Source: Candidatus Iainarchaeum sp. (GTDB lineage Archaea; Iainarchaeota; Iainarchaeia; Iainarchaeales; 0-14-0-20-30-16). Taken from it: DNA of 5,125 nucleotides. Both the position numbers and the translations under genes were made by a program. Of this stretch, positions 3,868 through 5,125 are shown in pieces. Every line of letters begins with the position of its first letter. Position 1 is the stretch's first letter. The notes beneath the pieces were generated by a model that was given only the letters and a program-made list of their open reading frames with translations, was not told where the DNA came from and did no database searches. The DNA lies in contig JAQTTP010000016.1 in NCBI GenBank assembly GCA_028710695.1, positions 1 through 5,125 of the forward strand, in the 5' to 3' direction.

Positions 3868-5125
3868 TTATTTCAATAGTGAATATATCTGTTGAACTAG
3901 TGGAAAAGAACTGTCTTTTTGATCTTGAAATTTTGTAAATTGACTCTTTCCATTATAATAAAAATCAAAAATAGCAACATCTCCATTATTCTCAAAAGTA
4001 TATCTCTCCATATAGTTTAGATGTATGATATGGTTGATTTTTATACCATGTGGATGTAATTTGTTTTGTATAAGGTGAAAATATTCTTTTAAAAAAGGTT
4101 GATTAAATTCAAACTCTTTTGGTGTATGACTTTTTTCTAAAAAAATTATTTTATGTACTAAATTTTCTAAGATATTTTTCAGCAATTTAGAGAGTATATT
4201 TGTTTCTATTGGGTCTATTTTTGTAATGATATTATTTCCATTATAATTGATTTTGAGTCTTGAAATTTCACTATTATATTCAAAAGTATAAAGTTCATGA
4301 TAAGAGTTATGCTCAACATTTATAATATTGATACCATTGGCAGTAGCAATACTGTGAATTTCTTGATAGATACTTTCCAAAAATGTGTGTGCAATTTTTT
4401 TAGTAATAATATCCACTTTATTTTCAGTATGAGTTTGGTGTGTATTTTGAGTTGGTGTTGATATTGCTGTACCAACATTTAACTTAAATACGGGTTCGTT
4501 CATAAGATAAAGATTCTGTGTTGTTCTTGTCATGGCAGTATAGAGCCATCTAAAATAGCTTTGAGATAAATAGTTTTGTGGAGTTGCACAATTGAGCAAT
4601 ACATTTTCCCATTCACTTCCTTGTGCTTTATGACAAGTAATTGCATATCCAAATTTAATTTTTAGTCCATTAAAATAAGGGTCGCTTTTAAGAGCATCTT
4701 TAAACTCTTTTGTATGCGGTCTTAACTCTGGATTTCTATATACAAAATCTACATATAATGCTTTATTTTCATCAGAACTCAAGCTTGGCTTATCAGAGTA
4801 AAGAAGATTTTCTATAATTTTGCAACGAATTAAATGGGGAATACCTTTTAAATCTTCAAACAATACTACCACATCTCTAAAAGATAATAGAACATCAATT
4901 ATTTTGCTTTTTGTTACGATGTGTCTTTGTTCTTTGACATATGAAACCTCTTTAACGATACCAAAATCACCATTAGATAAAAAAATTTCGTTTTGTGAGC
5001 TATTAGAGGCTACCATAATTTTATCTTCGGGCATAATATTGTCTTGATTGTTCGGAAAAAAATGTTCTCTGATTTGATCATTATACTCTTTGACAGAATT
5101 GTTTGAATAAGCTATGACAATATTA
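3868..5125 (-). CDS. SF1 helicase (RecD/Dda/Pif1-like, UvrD_C_2-type C-terminal core), 5'-partial, with a ~210-aa C-terminal extension containing a tandem domain duplication
   Basis: The frame stays open upstream of the track Met (5034) to the window edge: NIVIAYSNNSVKEYNDQIREHFFPNNQDNIMPEDKIMV. This resembles the 'vlA.tN.av..lN..iR ... GD.vm' region of this family. It is followed by an SH3-like NGDFGIVKEV, motif V-like FGYAITCHKAQGSEWENVLL (around 4609..4650) and motif VI-like YTAMTRTTQNLYL (4504..4542). The Walker A/B motifs lie outside the window. Confidence 0.85.
   Translation of the reverse strand, partial: NIVIAYSNNSVKEYNDQIREHFFPNNQDNIMPEDKIMVASNSSQNEIFLSNGDFGIVKEVSYVKEQRHIVTKSKIIDVLLSFRDVVVLFEDLKGIPHLIRCKIIENLLYSDKPSLSSDENKALYVDFVYRNPELRPHTKEFKDALKSDPYFNGLKIKFGYAITCHKAQGSEWENVLLNCATPQNYLSQSYFRWLYTAMTRTTQNLYLMNEPVFKLNVGTAISTPTQNTHQTHTENKVDIITKKIAHTFLESIYQEIHSIATANGINIINVEHNSYHELYTFEYNSEISRLKINYNGNNIITKIDPIETNILSKLLKNILENLVHKIIFLEKSHTPKEFEFNQPFLKEYFHLIQNKLHPHGIKINHIIHLNYMERYTFENNGDVAIFDFYYNGKSQFTKFQDQKDSSFPLVQQIYSLLK

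Noticed and set aside
4820-5047. 75-aa plus-strand ORF from the track
   Set aside because: It is antisense to the helicase frame, which carries clear SF1 motifs. It is a shadow ORF.
1-5125. CRISPR arrays, tRNA/rRNA genes, IS elements with terminal inverted repeats, integrase/recombinase genes
   Set aside because: I looked for regularly spaced repeats, cloverleaf-like GC-rich segments, transposase or recombinase motifs and matching terminal repeats on both strands and found none. Any recombinase or att partner for the inserted block must lie outside this window.

Overview
All supportable genes are on the minus strand, and the window splits into two unrelated parts. The left part (1-1535) gave about 38-45% GC in spot counts of 60-nt lines. 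It holds the 5' end of a small unidentified ORF, a clear Fe-type superoxide dismutase (sodB-like, with an unusual Cys-containing acidic tail), a GC-rich hairpin, and only the C-terminal ~180 codons of a nitrogenase MoFe beta-chain gene (nifK, ending in the canonical DLIR). The nifK reading frame stops being NifK-like at about 1535. Just 11 nt later (1550) an unrelated, much more AT-rich block begins; spot counts fall from about 35% to 17-28% GC. This block carries four genes. The first is a TacT/AtaT-like GNAT acetyltransferase that looks split by a 1-nt frameshift in an A7 tract. The second is a 49-codon ORF placed where an antitoxin would sit. The third is a 447-aa TPR-like protein ending in a cold-shock/S1-like barrel. 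The fourth, only 9 nt upstream of the TPR gene, is an SF1 (RecD/Dda/Pif1-like) helicase that runs off the right edge and has a tandemly duplicated C-terminal domain of unknown function. The two main leads are (i) a nitrogenase structural gene interrupted or truncated by an AT-rich accessory block and (ii) the helicase plus TPR-CSD gene pair as a candidate uncharacterised conflict or mobility module. No recombinase, tRNA, CRISPR array or IS end is visible. All family assignments come from motif recognition by eye, not database searches.
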